From Octopus vulgaris (lineage: Eukaryota): DNA of 64,000 bases. The DNA lies in contig OX597818.1 of the NCBI GenBank assembly GCA_951406725.2, positions 72,664,001-72,728,000 of the forward strand, written 5' to 3'. Positions 14,395-30,427 of this stretch are shown piece by piece. The translations under genes and the position numbers were made by a program. The stretch's first letter is position 1. Each line of letters opens with the position of its first letter. Under the pieces are notes generated by a model. The model made no database searches. It had not been told where the DNA came from and was given only the letters and a program-made list of their open reading frames with translations.

Positions 14395-15070
14395 GTCTAC
14401 TTCTCAAGGATATGGTTCGGAGTTCAGTCTCACTGCGTGTAACCAGAAGCAAGTGTCTTCTACTATAAACTTAGACCTTGTGAATGCATTTGGTACACAG
14501 ACACTGAGATAAGCCTGTCGCATATATATATGTATATATATGTGTATGTGTGTGTGTGTTTGTGTGTGTGTGTGTCTGTGTGTCTGTGTATGTGTGCATG
14601 AGTAGGTGTGTGTATTTCTGTGCGTGTCTGTGTGTGTTTGTGTCTGTGTATGTGTGTATGTATATATATATTAAAATTTTGCAAAAGTAACTGAGTTTCG
14701 TGCGTTGGCACTTAACAAACTAATGCCAACACAAGAAACTCTTGGACCTTGAGTCTCTCTTGTGTCTACTAAATATGAATAAAAATATACATATACTCAT
14801 ATGTTTAGTTCTATTTTCCATGTTTCCATCACCAAAGTTGTATATATGTATATATGTGTGTGGCTTTTGTCTCTGCGTCCCCACTGCCACTAACGCTTGG
14901 CAATCCCGGCTGGAGTGTTTATATCCTAGTAACATAGCAGTTCAGCAAAAGAGAGCGCTAGAATAAGTCCAACTTGAAAAAGAAAATTAAGCATTGCGGT
15001 GGATTTGTTCGATTAAAATTTCTTTAAGATGTTGCCTCTGCAAGGCCGGAATCCAGTGAGTGATTAAATG
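14395..15070 (+). mobile_element. Degraded, interrupted SINE family A copy
   Basis: GAGTTCAGTCTCACTGCG..CAAGTGTCTTCTACTATA..CCTTGTGAATGCATTTGGTA; the 3' half resumes near 14860. Confidence 0.6.
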
Positions 15071-15499
15071 ATTAAATATTTGTGCGTGCCTATATTGCAA
15101 TTAAAACTCGCACCGAATTGTTGAGAGACTGTGTCATGCATATAACTAGATTGGTGTGTCTAAGAAAATTTCTGTGCGAGCCAGTGTGATATATTAGTTA
15201 ACGTGTCAATACATGCAATGAATTTTATCAAAACCTAATTAAAATTTAATTTAATTTGATTATTATCTAATGAACTAACGGGAGATGCTCTACTATATCG
15301 CTCGACGTACTAAACATAGCGGTTGTATGTCCCTCAAATAGTGGCTTAATTATACTATTGCTAGAAACAAAGTCGTGGTGGGCTTGGCTTGAAAAATTTT
15401 GTTATAGACGTTCTATTTCAGTTTATAAATGGGATTACACAACAACAATAACCCTAACCCTGCTTTGACATGAATCAGAATCACATACATTCAGACATG

Positions 15500-15800
15500 C
15501 TGGTGAAGACGAAAGAAAATGGGATGGTAAAAAGACGCACGGGCAGTTTGCGTGAGAAGTAACAGAACTATAATGCCAATGGAAGGTCGCACTGATTAAA
15601 AACATGAGTGAATTCAAGCCAAGTACAGAATCGCTTCTCTGCTCCGTGCGGGATAATGTACTTAGGAGAAATGAAACTAAACGTGTGATTTACAGTGCAC
15701 CAGAAAGTGACAAATGCAGGGTGTATAGTGATAAAGGTGATGCTGCATGGCGTATTGAGAATGAATGCAAGAAGCTTAGCCCAAAAGAATACCGAATTAC
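15500..15800 (+). pseudogene. R4/Dong-clade LINE C-terminal fragment
   Basis: W..KKTHGQF..FKPSTESLLCSVRDNVLR..DKCRV..CKKL..KEY resembles the C-terminus of the element at 19523-24026. Confidence 0.7.
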
Positions 15801-16374
15801 ACTTGATATATAACCACATACAGGCATAAATACAGGAACCGAAGCACAACTTTCTCCGATATCAGAAGGTTCCATTATAAATATCAACTAAAACATAGAC
15901 TACTATACATTTCACAATGGATAGTGTATTCCCAGGTTCAAATAAACATAGTCTGAGAATAACATAGGGAATTTCCATGTTTTGAACATCTTTTTTGTTT
16001 GGTCGATTTATACTTGGTGTAAGCATCACAATCATCCTTCACAACCACAACACCAAAAACAATATCAACGGTAACGCCAGTAGCATGGTTATTACGCAGT
16101 AGGTTTAGTACAGTAAATCAACTTGACGCTGTAACCTGGCAAATACATACCTTCAGAGAAGACAAATAACTTGTAAACATTTCCGGTCAAAACTTCTAAT
16201 TCTAAAGAGAAATTCTACTTATCGGTTTCGGATAATTTAACAAAGATAACAGAAACTGATATTATCCATACGGATAAACTGTACGTACACTTAATTACCC
16301 ACACAAAGACATACAAGCATACACAAACACACTCACATATATACACGCTCAAAAATACATACACACCTATAAAA

Positions 16375-16498
<124 letters not shown>

Positions 16499-16569
16499 AC
16501 ATATGTATTATGAATATGTGCTCGCATATTACCATACACGTGACTGAATACATACACACACACACTTAT

Positions 16570-18100
16570 ATATATATAAACAAGGTGCAAAGATAGTGAA
16601 GATTCAGTAAACACCACGTGGCAAAATTATGGTTGAAAATATGTGGAAAAAAAGTTAAAGAGAAATGCCTTCGTTTCATATAGTTTAATATGTTTTTTAT
16701 AAATATATACATATTATATGGAATATAACATGGAAAAGATACCTAGACGATTGTTTTTTCATCTAGAATGAAGCCTGTGATAAACTCCTGGATTTCAAAT
16801 CCACACTAAACAATATAAACTTCAGCATCCAATTTACAATGGAATATAGTAAGGAACAGCTCCCATTTCTGGACATTTTGATTTTTTAAAAGTCCAACAA
16901 CCAAATTGCAACCGACATTTACTACAAACTAACAGACTCAAAACATTATCTCCTTTTCAGTTCATGCCATCCTAAACACACCAAAATAAATATCCATTCA
17001 ATCTAGCAAAAAGGATCTGTATAATTGTATCTGACACAACCACTCGGGAACTTTGCCTCCAAGAACTTAAAATAACACTCATTGAACGTCAATACCCACC
17101 TACACTTATAGAACATGGAATTAAGCGTGCCAAGAAATTGGACACAAACGCACTGAGGACAACAATACAAAACACCACACCTCACCTTAAATCACTCCCA
17201 TACATATCAACCCACAACCCCAGAAACAATGAAGCATACAACACAATTATACAAAATCTCCTTCTGTTCACTCAAGACCCGAAAATGAACAACATCCTAA
17301 ATACACACAAACAACTAAAATGCAAAAGACAAGACAAATTACTCAAGAGACTCTTAACAAATGCAAACCTATACTCAATACAAACGATACCAACAGCTAA
17401 AAATGCAAACGACCTAATTGTGGTACATGTCCATACCTAGCTGAAGGCTCGGAATTCACATTCCAGCAAGGACAAATATTCTCAATTAAGACCAACTTCA
17501 TATGTGCTTCGCAGAACCTTATCTATATCCTAACCTGCTCAGATTGTGGTCACAATTATGTGGGTCAAACGAGCCTTGCTTTGAGGCGCAGAGTCACCCT
17601 ACATAAAGAATAGATTCGTTTCCTCGATACAGGCAGATAGCACTGAGCGGACATATCGACAAATGCTTAAGTAATAAAAGCCCGAACTTTCATATCTTCC
17701 CATTATACCAATGCAAAGATTCAATCTCAGTATAAGAACGCCTAAACAGGGAAAACCTGTTCATTCAAAAGTACAGACCACATCTCAATATACAAATTTG
17801 ATCATTTTAAAAATTATACTAAGGAGCCAGTTGTTCCTCTTGCCACCTGTTGTTTCCCTTGGTTCACTCTCTAGACTCATACTTCTTATTCTCCAAACAT
17901 CCAAAATGACGAGATCCCTCCGTCACGAGAACTGATTACTATACAATGTCCCTTGAAAAGCTAATTTAAATAGTGAAAACCGGTTGGATTTCACGACATC
18001 CATATAATATATATATATTTATAAAAAGATATTAAACTGTATGAAACGAAGACATTTCTCTTCCACTTTTTATAGGTTTTCCACATATTTTCAACTATAT
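16570..18100 (+). mobile_element. 5'-truncated Penelope-like element with inverted terminal copy
   Basis: IQFTME..LPFLDIL..TDIYYK.TD..YL.FSSCHPKH; GIY-YIG NLIYILTCSDCGHNYVGQT; degenerate HHR at 17949-17988. 16630-16722 is an inverted copy of about 17998-18096. Confidence 0.9.
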
Positions 18101-18547
18101 ATACATATATATATATATATATATAGATATATACATGCACAAAAGCGCGTGCACACGCACATATATCTACACGCACATATACCTACACGCACACAGGCAC
18201 GTTCACATCCATGTGTAATGACTTAACCATATTTCGAACCGTATTTCTCAATGACAATAGAAGCATAATTTAAAATAATGAACATTATTTTATTATCATT
18301 TTGAAAGTTTTGCCACAGCCATCTTAGCCTCTAGAGCCACATTGCAATGACTCATCATTTACATATATTAATATGCGCATGCTCTTAGGTTACAGAAAGT
18401 ACATCTACAAATCAACGTACACAATAATAAGCAAGATATTCCAGGTAGAAACAAGTATGAGCGATCTTTCAAACATTAAGTATTCGAAGAGATGTAGTGT
18501 TTGATTTTAAAAGGATATCGGTGACGATTTAAATTTAGTGATATATG

Positions 18548-18643
<96 letters not shown>

Positions 18644-18920
18644 CATACACATATGTACATAAATGCATACACGTGGGGACTATGTCCTCAGATGTCGATA
18701 TATTGGGGAGCAGACATTACACTTTCAATGAATTGAATATATTCTGAAAGAAAAAAGAAATATGGAAGTGTTCGCCTTTGGCGATCTAACTAGCGGTAAA
18801 GTGGAAGGAAACTTCTCTGTGGCGAGGATACTGAAAATAATATGATTTCGAATATACATATATATATATATGCATGTGTGTGTATGTATGTTTATATACA
18901 TACATTCGTACATACATAAT

Positions 18921-18958
<38 letters not shown>

Positions 18959-19259
18959 GTATATATACACATACGATTATACACATACGAGCAACCATAT
19001 ATTCATTTGTCGACGCTTGCACTCATGCATACATCTGTCAACCCCACTCACACATGCACTCTTACCAATCATATATCTAATGTTTCGCAAGTCCCTTTAA
19101 AGACTTGCCTGAGAGTAAGACGCCACCGGCTTCCTGTCCCGTCACGTGGTCCAAGAAATTTTCGTTTCTAATGCATTTAAATCTAATAGAAATGTCGCGC
19201 AAGGCTACTATAAAATACATAGGAAACTCTAAGTCTTATGAGGCAGAACCAAAGTGTTT

Positions 19260-19522
<263 letters not shown>

Positions 19523-22500
19523 ATTCAGCTCCGTACTGAATAACAACATGGATATGTTACACCGGGCTCTCTATTCAAAAACAAATCTAATTTAATAACG
19601 TTGGTGGAACGGGATAAAATAACCTGTGTAAGACTTGAAGGAAGCGGCCTTTTAGCGAAAATAGTCACAAAAACGAAATTTTGCTGCCATGTAAAGCACA
19701 GTTTCTCCTATGCATCATGTCTCAGTGAAACATGCGCTAAATACACTCACGAAATGAACATCGGAAAGTTTACAAATTATAAAATATAAATGCAACAAAA
19801 CAGTAAGTACATAAATTCATAAATTACGCATACAATCGAATGTCTAACATTCATATATACATTTTAATACCCATAAGACTACACTTATATCCCAATGGTT
19901 ACACAACTACATGAAATTTACAGGATACACATAAACACGTATGAAAACACGTGCACAAACAAAGCAAAAACCACCAGTTTTTTAGTTTTCGTACTAACAC
20001 AGACAGAGTGAACAATTCATAAGTTTAAAAACACCACAAACAAAGACTATGCCCAGAGAAAAATCTTTACACGAAAATATGCAGACGAATGCAGATCTGT
20101 TAGCCTTAAGAAGCTATGTTACGAGCAATCTTTTCATTTAGAGAACTCGGAGGCGGTGTTGTCTCAAAAAATTAATCCTAAACAGTCACATCCATCCACT
20201 AATGTCAACGTCAAAGTTCGTGATGATAACAATGCAAAATACAAACCATATCGGCCGTCATCTGGATCATCAAGGACCGCGTACTCGAATGATGAACCAG
20301 ATTGCGTACGAAAAATCAGCTACAGGCTCAAATCTTCCCGAAACACAGGAGCTGGAAATACTCCACAATCGGAATATTCCAACAAATGGCCATCCATGAT
20401 CGTCATCAAATAACCAAAAGAAATAGAATTGAAAATGATCTAGAGGACATAATAAAGAAGTTCTTTAGGATTTCTCTCGTGCCATGTAATTCCTCACAAA
20501 TAAATCTAATACTGTACAAACCTACTTAAATTGGAGGCAGAAATACCTTGAAGTACGACCCTACATAGACAGTAGCAAACTTGCTGGCGTCAGAAGAAAC
20601 ATTATAAAAAAGAAATTACTAACTTAATTAGAGACTGACCAAATTAAACAGTGAGTAAATGATAAAATGGACGAAGCTGCCGCGAAAGAAGTTACTACAG
20701 AGTAAATAATTATAGACCAACCCAGATCTGATAAAAATACAATAATATTTGAAAGAGGTAATGTAACTGATAAGCAAAGCGAAATATTCTCGAAACCAGC
20801 CAGAAACATTAAGGCAGATGAAAATCAAATAAATGAGAAAATTCACGCAGAAATTGACCCAACAGAACTACATAATCTAAAACATCAAGTCATGATTGAA
20901 TGGCTGAAAATTTAAGAAATCTGTATGAATGTACGCGGCACTCTCCCGAAAAATTCGCACTTCTGACCAAAATCTGAAAGTAATTGGCAACATCTGCCTT
21001 GCACTTAAGGATATAATTTCAGTTAATGATGTTGATATTACATATATATCTGTACTATGCATCCGCGAAAATCTCAACGATTCTATGTGGTGAAAAGATT
21101 AGAAAACGACAACATTCCCACAAAAAGCCTACTTGGCAAGAGCGTATTCAACACCAAATTCAACTGCTTAGGTCTCACATAGAATGTTTAAAACACTTTA
21201 AGTTTGACTAGACTATCAAAACAACAAAAATCCAAATATTAAAGAAAAAATATATGAAAACCATACTTGACATCGATACCATCATAGAAACTATCAAGCA
21301 GAAGGTTCGTACTAAAGCTGCCCGTATAGAAAGGTATGAAAAGCACGTTAGATACTTGAAAGACATGTTAAAAATTGATCCAAAAACGTTTTTACAGGAA
21401 TATAGGGAAAATACCAGTTACAGTAAAATCTGTCCCATCAAAAGAAGAAGTGCAGGAATTTTGGAATAAAATTTGGGGAGAAGTAAAAATACACAATTAA
21501 AAGGCCTCTTGGTTTGATAGAATATCTACAGACTTAGACACTTTAGAAGAGCAAATGTGTGAAGATATCAAGGTAGAGGATGTGCGATCTGCTCCCAGAA
21601 AATCAAGCAGATGAAAGTCTCCAGCAAAGGATAAAATTCCTAACTTCTGGTTGAATTCCTTCCTAAAGAGGTGTGATCTGCTAACAAAAGTTTACAGTGA
21701 TGATTTGCAACAACCTAGTATGATTCCCTTCTGGTTAGCTAATGGTGTAACATTCCTACTTCCAAAAAATGAAGAAACAAACGAACCAAGAAAGTATAGA
21801 CCCATAACCTGCTTCACCACAATGTATTAAATACTAACATCTGTCGACTGAATATACCTATAGTTTTTTAATTAGAAAGTGGCATATTCCCTAATAAGAA
21901 AAAGGATGTAAACGCGGGTCCTATGGTTGTAAAGATCAGCTACTCATCAATAAGGTGATCTCGGAATTTTTTTACAAACTACACAAAACGTTGTCGATAG
22001 CCTGGATGTGTCGATAGCCTGGATAGACTATAAAAAAATGTTGATAGTCTACCACATAGCTGGATTAAGAAATGTCTGGAAATGTATAAAATAGCACCTA
22101 CTCTGCGAAACATCCTGTCTGTAAGTATGAGATCATGTTGAACCATACTGACTTTGAACAGTGACAATGAATCTCTTAACGCTGGAGATGTAAGAATTTC
22201 ATGTGGCATCTTCCAGGATGACTCTCTATCATCACTCCTCTTTTGTCTAGCCTTAATGCCTCTCTCGAAATTGCTCGATGATGTATGATACGACTATAAA
22301 ACGTTTGATAAAAATACAAATCATCTCATTTACATGGATGATTTAAAACTCTTTGCAAAAAATGACCAACAACTACAGGACTTACTAGCGACTGTTAAAC
22401 AATTCAGTGATGATTGTTAAACAATTCAGTGATGAATTTTTAAGCAGTTCAGGATGCAATTTGGCCTCGATAAATGTGTAAAAGCTACCTTTACCAAAGT

Positions 22501-24025
22501 TAAAATGACAGAAACATCCAACGTAATCTTGAGCATCAGAATGTCATAAAGGAGTTAGAACCAGTTGAGAGATACACATACCTATTTGAAGGAGACGGAA
22601 TCAAACATTCAGTGATGAAGGGAAGGATCAGAAGAGAATGTTATCGCAGGGTAAAGGCAATACTCAAGTCATAGCTGAATGTAAGAAACAGGATCGAAGC
22701 GATCAATACTTTAGCCACACAAGTCGTGTCTTACAGTTTCAATATCATTAACTGGTCAATCACTGAAATATGTAATCTTGACAGAAAAATATGAAAATTG
22801 TTGACAATACATAGAATGCACCACCCTAAGGCAGATATAGAACGACTTTACCTGACAAGAAAGGAGGAAAGATTTCCACTATTAGACTAGACACCTACCT
22901 GAAAATCTCTGATAACTGGATGTTAAAACGTGTCTCAAAGCATGGAAACATACTCAGTAATAAAACAAGTAAAGGAAAATCTAAGTGAATTCCAAATACA
23001 ACAAATTCCAGAATTAGACGTACTAGAAAAAGCACAGAAAAAGCTATGCGTAAGAAAACCCGTGCTAAAACTGCTGCTTTAGATATTCTTACTGATAAAT
23101 GACAAGAAAAACCTCTCAATGGTAAATACCCAAAGAGAGCTAATAGTGCCGATGTTGACTAAGACCTTACCCATTAATGGTTATTGTCTTCTGACTTAAA
23201 ATCAAAAACAGAAGGGTTTATCATAGCAGCCCAAAATCAATGCCTACCTACAAGGAACTACCAGGCCAACATATTAAAGAATGATAGTAGCCCAACATGT
23301 CATGTATGTCAAAAACAAAATGAAACCCTTGATCATGTTTTCTCCATGTACAGCAAGCATGATAGAGCAGCACAATATACTCACTGGGTAATTTGCAAAA
23401 AACTTGGACCTGCCCCATCATAAAAAATGGTGGGAACACAAACCACCTCTAGTGTTTGAAAATGATCACATCTCACTCCTCTAGTACTTCATCATTCAAA
23501 CTGACAGGAAGACAGATGCGAATAGGCCAGACATTATATTGAAAGACCTCATAAAAAATCATGCCTCCTCATTGATATGACTGTCCCAATCGACATAAGT
23601 GTGTCTTTTAAGACCTTCCAAAAACTAAGCAAGTACGAAAATCTTGAAATAGAAATTGCCAAAATGTGGACCCTCAAGAATAAAACAATGCCTGTTGTCA
23701 TAGGTGCCCTAGGAATGATAGCAAAAGGGGCTGATTCCTACCTAGCTCAGTTACCAGGAAACCTCAAAAGGGCAGAAATTCAAAAGATAGTGCTCATGGG
23801 AACCGACCACACCCTACGTAAAATACTCTTTATGTAATCTCAAATTTTAAAACAAACTCATAATTTTCTTGTTTTCTTAAACATTCTCTAGAAAAATATT
23901 ATGTTAAAAACCAAATATATAACACTCTGGGCATAACACCAACATAAACTTCTAACTTGTTTTCTCTTGAGGTATCTGGGTGAGACTTAGAGTCAACTTG
24001 TACAAATACAAAGCAAAAGTCAAAA

Positions 24026-24026
<1 letters not shown>
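19523..24026 (+). mobile_element. Near full-length decayed R4/Dong-clade (RLE-type) non-LTR retrotransposon
   Basis: YRPITC, FQDDSLS (22211), HLIYMDDLKLF (22331), FGLDKC, a CCHC region (CHVCQKQNETLDH) and RLE motifs NRPDIIL..IDMTVP..KLSKY..PVVIGALG. Flanked by (AAT)n on both sides; many stops. Confidence 0.92.
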
Positions 24027-25583
<1,557 letters not shown>

Positions 25584-25636
25584 TCACTTACACACACACA
25601 CACACGTATGTATAACAGATAAATATCAGTTACCTT

Positions 25637-26005
25637 GTACTTGTTTCAGTCATTAGACTATGGTCATGTTCGGGCAGAAGCCTTGAAGAACTTCAGTCGA
25701 ACGAATCGACCCCAAAACCTATTTATTACAATGTCTCACTTGAGAAATTGTTAAGTTATGGCGGGGGTAAACATACCAAAACTGGTTGACAAGTGGTTAT
25801 GAGAAACAATGACACAAAGATAGATATACACACACACATAGACGTACGATGTGCTTATTTCAGTTTCCCTCTACCAAAGCCATACCGAAATATTTGTTCC
25901 GTCCAAAGTTACAGAAAGAGATATTTCTCCAAGATGCCATGCAGTGGAACTGAACCCATAAACATGCGGTTAAAAAACAAAATTCTTACTACACAGCCAG
26001 ACGTG
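25637..26005 (-). mobile_element. Degraded SINE family A copy
   Basis: TACTTGTTTCAGTCATT tail and CCAAGATGCCATGCAGTGGAACTGAACCC..ACACAGCC head match 1009-1430. Confidence 0.75.
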
Positions 26006-26013
26006 CGTCTATG

Positions 26014-26109
<96 letters not shown>

Positions 26110-26388
26110 TATACAGAGACACACACACATACATATAACTAATATAGACAGCGGTGTGCAATGTGTTACCAAAAAGGAAAACTATAATTGTCATTAAATA
26201 TGAGTAAAGGTCTTAAGGAACCTACATTGCTAGAAATAAGAGCTAAAGTGCTCTAATGCTGCAGTCAAAACCCATAATTGTATACATATTTATTGACAGA
26301 GACAGCTGCCTATTTTAATTCTTTGTATCCATATAAATCATCCATATATTTCTATGGCGAATACATACATTCTGAGAGTGAATTTCGT

Positions 26389-26495
26389 CCGGAATCAGCC
26401 GAGTCGTGCTGTTCCTAGTGATAAGGCTACGGCGAAAGCCGAAAGTGATCAACCGGTATAGGGAAATCTCGACTGCTGCCTTCGGGTGGTTACGG
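26389..26495 (+). ncRNA. Structured RNA-like segment with degenerate hammerhead and UUCG hairpin
   Basis: TTCCTA-GTGATAA-GGCT..AGCC-GAAA..GTA-TAGGGAA, outer stem AGTCG/CGACT, and GCTGCC-TTCG-GGTGGT. Confidence 0.5.
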
Positions 26496-26509
26496 TTACT
26501 ATCAGTATA

Positions 26510-26989
26510 TGTCTATACACTTAAGTGCTTTGACTACAACAACAGTCTAGCTTTCATTTCTAGCAATGTAGGTGTTCTAACACCCTTAGTCATATATGTG
26601 CATGTGCATATATATATATATATATGTACTTATGTATGCGTATATACATATGTATATATGTGTATATAGAGTATATATATATAGATGTGTGTATGTGTGT
26701 GTATGTGTGTGTGTGCGCATGTGTGTGCGTGTGCATTTCTGTTAACATTCCGTATACCTCCACCAACTGTTCGTCTTTAATATCCAGAGGAAACCCGTAC
26801 GACATTTTTTAACCTCTATAAATGCCCAAATATTTCTCTAAGAAACGTAAAATCGACACAACTTATGTACATTTGATATAGCTTAGATAAACCATTTTAA
26901 GCGTTCCAATGAAAATACTACTGCTCGTACAACTAGGTTTCACAAATATAGTAGCACTCCATTATTAACAAATGCACCAACGTCTCGTG

Positions 26990-27035
<46 letters not shown>

Positions 27036-28031
27036 GTGTGTATGTGTATGTGAGTTAAAAATGACTTCAATTCCGGTGGTACCGTTTGCTGTAACTCTCT
27101 AAGTCACTTTATCATTTCACCTCTGAAATTTACAATCTCCTCAAGTATTAACATGTCATGAAGATCCACTAACCTGGAACCAAATCCCAGAAAGTCTCCA
27201 TTACACACACACACACACACACATCACACACACATCACACACACACGCACACACGTACGCGCGCGCAAACAGGGTCTTAGACAGAGATTGTATGGTACCT
27301 GTTACAAAATATCCTGGTATATTTCTCAGTTCTTTAAGCCTCCTATACACAATTCCCTTTTATGGTCACATCTATATTTCTGAAGACATTATACAAAAGA
27401 AACCCAATATATTCAAAGCCAACATATATACGTCTTTTTCCCGGACTTCGTCATTCGCTACAATGCTTCAACCCTCTCTCAGCCAGCAACTAATTGTCTA
27501 TACACTGCAGTGCTTTGATCCTCACAACAACAGTCTAGCTTTCATTCTAGCAATGTAGGTGTTCTAACACCCTTAGTCAAGTATGTGCAGTTGTCCATAT
27601 ATATATATATGTAAGCTGAATCGCAATCTAATGAACGATTTTCTTTGATATACACAAACGTATATGTATATACACATGTGTGTATGTGTGTATGCGTGTA
27701 TGTGTGTGTGTGTGCATGTGTGTGTGTGTGTGTGTGTGTACAATGCTTTCGTTTCGGCACAGCTATCCTAATAACCTGCTGTTAGAACCGCGATATCCAT
27801 ATGATTCTGAATAAAGCATTAGTCGAATACAGAGCACAATGCAAGATTAATGAAATAACACAACTTATGTACATTTGATATAGCTTAGATGGAAATCCAT
27901 TTTAAGCGTTCCTAATGAAGCAGCACATTCAGAACTGACTGCTTAGGCACACACAAGCATCACGCATATAAATGTATGTAAGTATATGTATATGCACATT
28001 AATTTCAAGCATGCTCGTTTAACCTTATTCC

Positions 28032-28105
<74 letters not shown>

Positions 28106-28700
28106 CTCTATATAACACACACATGATATCATCTGTTTAATTAAACATTATTGCGCGCGCAAACAGGGTCTTAGACAGAGATTGTATGGTACCTGTTACA
28201 AAATATCCTGGTATATTTTTCAGTTCTTTAAGCCTCCTATACACAATTCCCTTTTATGGTCACATCTATATTTCTGAACTGTGGGTAAAATAAAATACTG
28301 TAGGATCTCTTAATTATGATTTTATTCAACATATTCCCCTCTCAGATTCTCATATCCATTGCAGCCAGCAACTAATTGTCCCCTGCAGTCGATCCTCACG
28401 CGCAACACGTTCTCTGGCTCCTTCAACTGAGGTACACATTACAAGTATTCAGTTGTCACCATATTAAGTCCTCAATTTTCAGCAGCTCATATCGCAATCG
28501 ATAATGAACGAGTTTTCTTTGATATACACAAACGTATATGTCTTCCGACAATGAAGATTCATTATTTTGCACCTCCTGGAGCAGGCCTCAGCAAGACTTG
28601 AGTGGAAGAGAACTGATTGCCTATTTACGAAAAATATACGCACAGCTATCCTAATAACCTGCTGTTAGAACCGCGATATCCATATGATTCTGAATAAAGC
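26510..28700. repeat. Mosaic local duplication
   Basis: Blocks in 27250-27920 alternately match 26510-26915 and 28153-28700. Confidence 0.8.
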
Positions 28701-29872
28701 TGAGCGCTAGTATCACTATCAGAACACGAAGATATTGGTATCATAACAGGAAGAGGTACAACAATGCTTCTTATCCTACATTCTAACAATTCTGTAAATC
28801 GATTGCCTTATACTGGTACGATTTTACGGGTCACGAAAAAATAAGAAGCAAAAATGTTTTCGTCAGGATTCGAACGCAAAGTAAAGAGAGTCGGGGACAA
28901 ATATTGGTAAATGTATTACATAATGCTCAAACGCGTTTGTCAGTTCCCCTCCTCAATGTGTATTAACTGGAAGATATAATCAGTTCGGACATAATGTCAG
29001 GTTACATAAAATTCTATGTAAGTACAGCTAATAATACAGTGAAGCCATTCATTTTTATCGTACCTACTGGAATAATAAGAGAAACATAAAAACTAACATA
29101 GCCAAAGAAAGATAGAGGGATAAAGAAGGAGAGACAACTCGGCCGTTTTAACTCTCAAAAAAACAGTATACCATAATGGTGAGCTATATTTTGCCTATAA
29201 CTAATTGAAAAGTCTAGTACTACATTTTCTTTTTCCTGTACAACTTGTCTCTTCCTCTCTCATTCACACATCTCTCTCTCTCCCTCCTCATTCTTCATGG
29301 TTTCCTCAATCGGAGCCATTTGCCCGTGGTCTTGCTCCTCCTCCCCCTTCCCGTCGTCCACCTGCGACGATTTCCGCTCTGACAAATGTTGGGGAACACT
29401 TAAAAATTATATAGTAAAATATTTGGTACTACATTAGATTATATAAAGTGATATTACATATCTGCATAACCATACATATATACATACATACATACATACA
29501 TACATACATACATACATACATACGTACTTACACGCATATTTAAAGATATGTATATATATATATTTTAATTGATTTGCTTTTCGCAGGAAGGAAAGTTTCT
29601 TGTCGGAGATACGTCTCGCTTTTATCCTTCGAAACGTAGAGTAGATGAAACCATAGCGACTGAAGAAGGGGTTTTTTCTTTGTGTTAATTATCCTGTACT
29701 CCATTTTTTGTTGTTTTTAAAAAATGTCCAGTTCCTTTGGTTTGTGTCTATGTTTTCGTTTCTCTTTGTGTTCGACGTCCCTTTGGTGTCCTGTACTCAT
29801 ATATGCGTGTATATGTACATGTAGAGGTAGGTACGTACATATATGTTTATATATATGCATATGTTTTATTTC

Positions 29873-29933
<61 letters not shown>

Positions 29934-30029
29934 TAGATAGATATATAGATAGATAAATATATAGATAGATAAATAATCTCATTTACATATATATGTATAT
30001 ATTTACATATATACATATGCAAGTATTTT

Positions 30030-30283
30030 TATCCTGATACGATCAATAGAACAGCTTGCTCGTGAAATTCACGTGAAAATGGCTGAGCACTCCACAGATA
30101 CGTGTACCCTTAACGTAGTCCTCAAGGAGATTCAGCGGTACTACTCATTTTTGCAAGCTGGGTGAACTGGAGCAAAGTGAAATAAAGTGTCTTGCTCAAG
30201 GGCACAACGCATCGCCGGGAACTGAACTCACGACTTTAAGACCGTGAGCAAAATCCCCTAACCACTAAGCCACGCTCCTTCAC
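30030..30283 (-). mobile_element. tRNA-headed SINE (family C)
   Basis: Minus strand GTGGCTTAGTGGTTAGGG..GAGTTCAGTTCCC..GTGCCCTTGAGCAAGACACTTTAT..GCTCCAGT. The body start is shared with 60378-60440. Confidence 0.75.
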
Positions 30284-30325
30284 ACTTAATATATATATAT
30301 ACTTATATACATACATATATAAATA

Positions 30326-30383
<58 letters not shown>

Positions 30384-30427
30384 CATACATATCTACATGA
30401 ATATATTTACTTACAATTATTTAAATA

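Noticed and set aside
19120-19216. Promoter-like cluster (GTCACGTG, CTTCCTG, TATAAAA)
   Set aside because: Short motifs only, with no downstream gene; it is followed by a microsatellite and a LINE.
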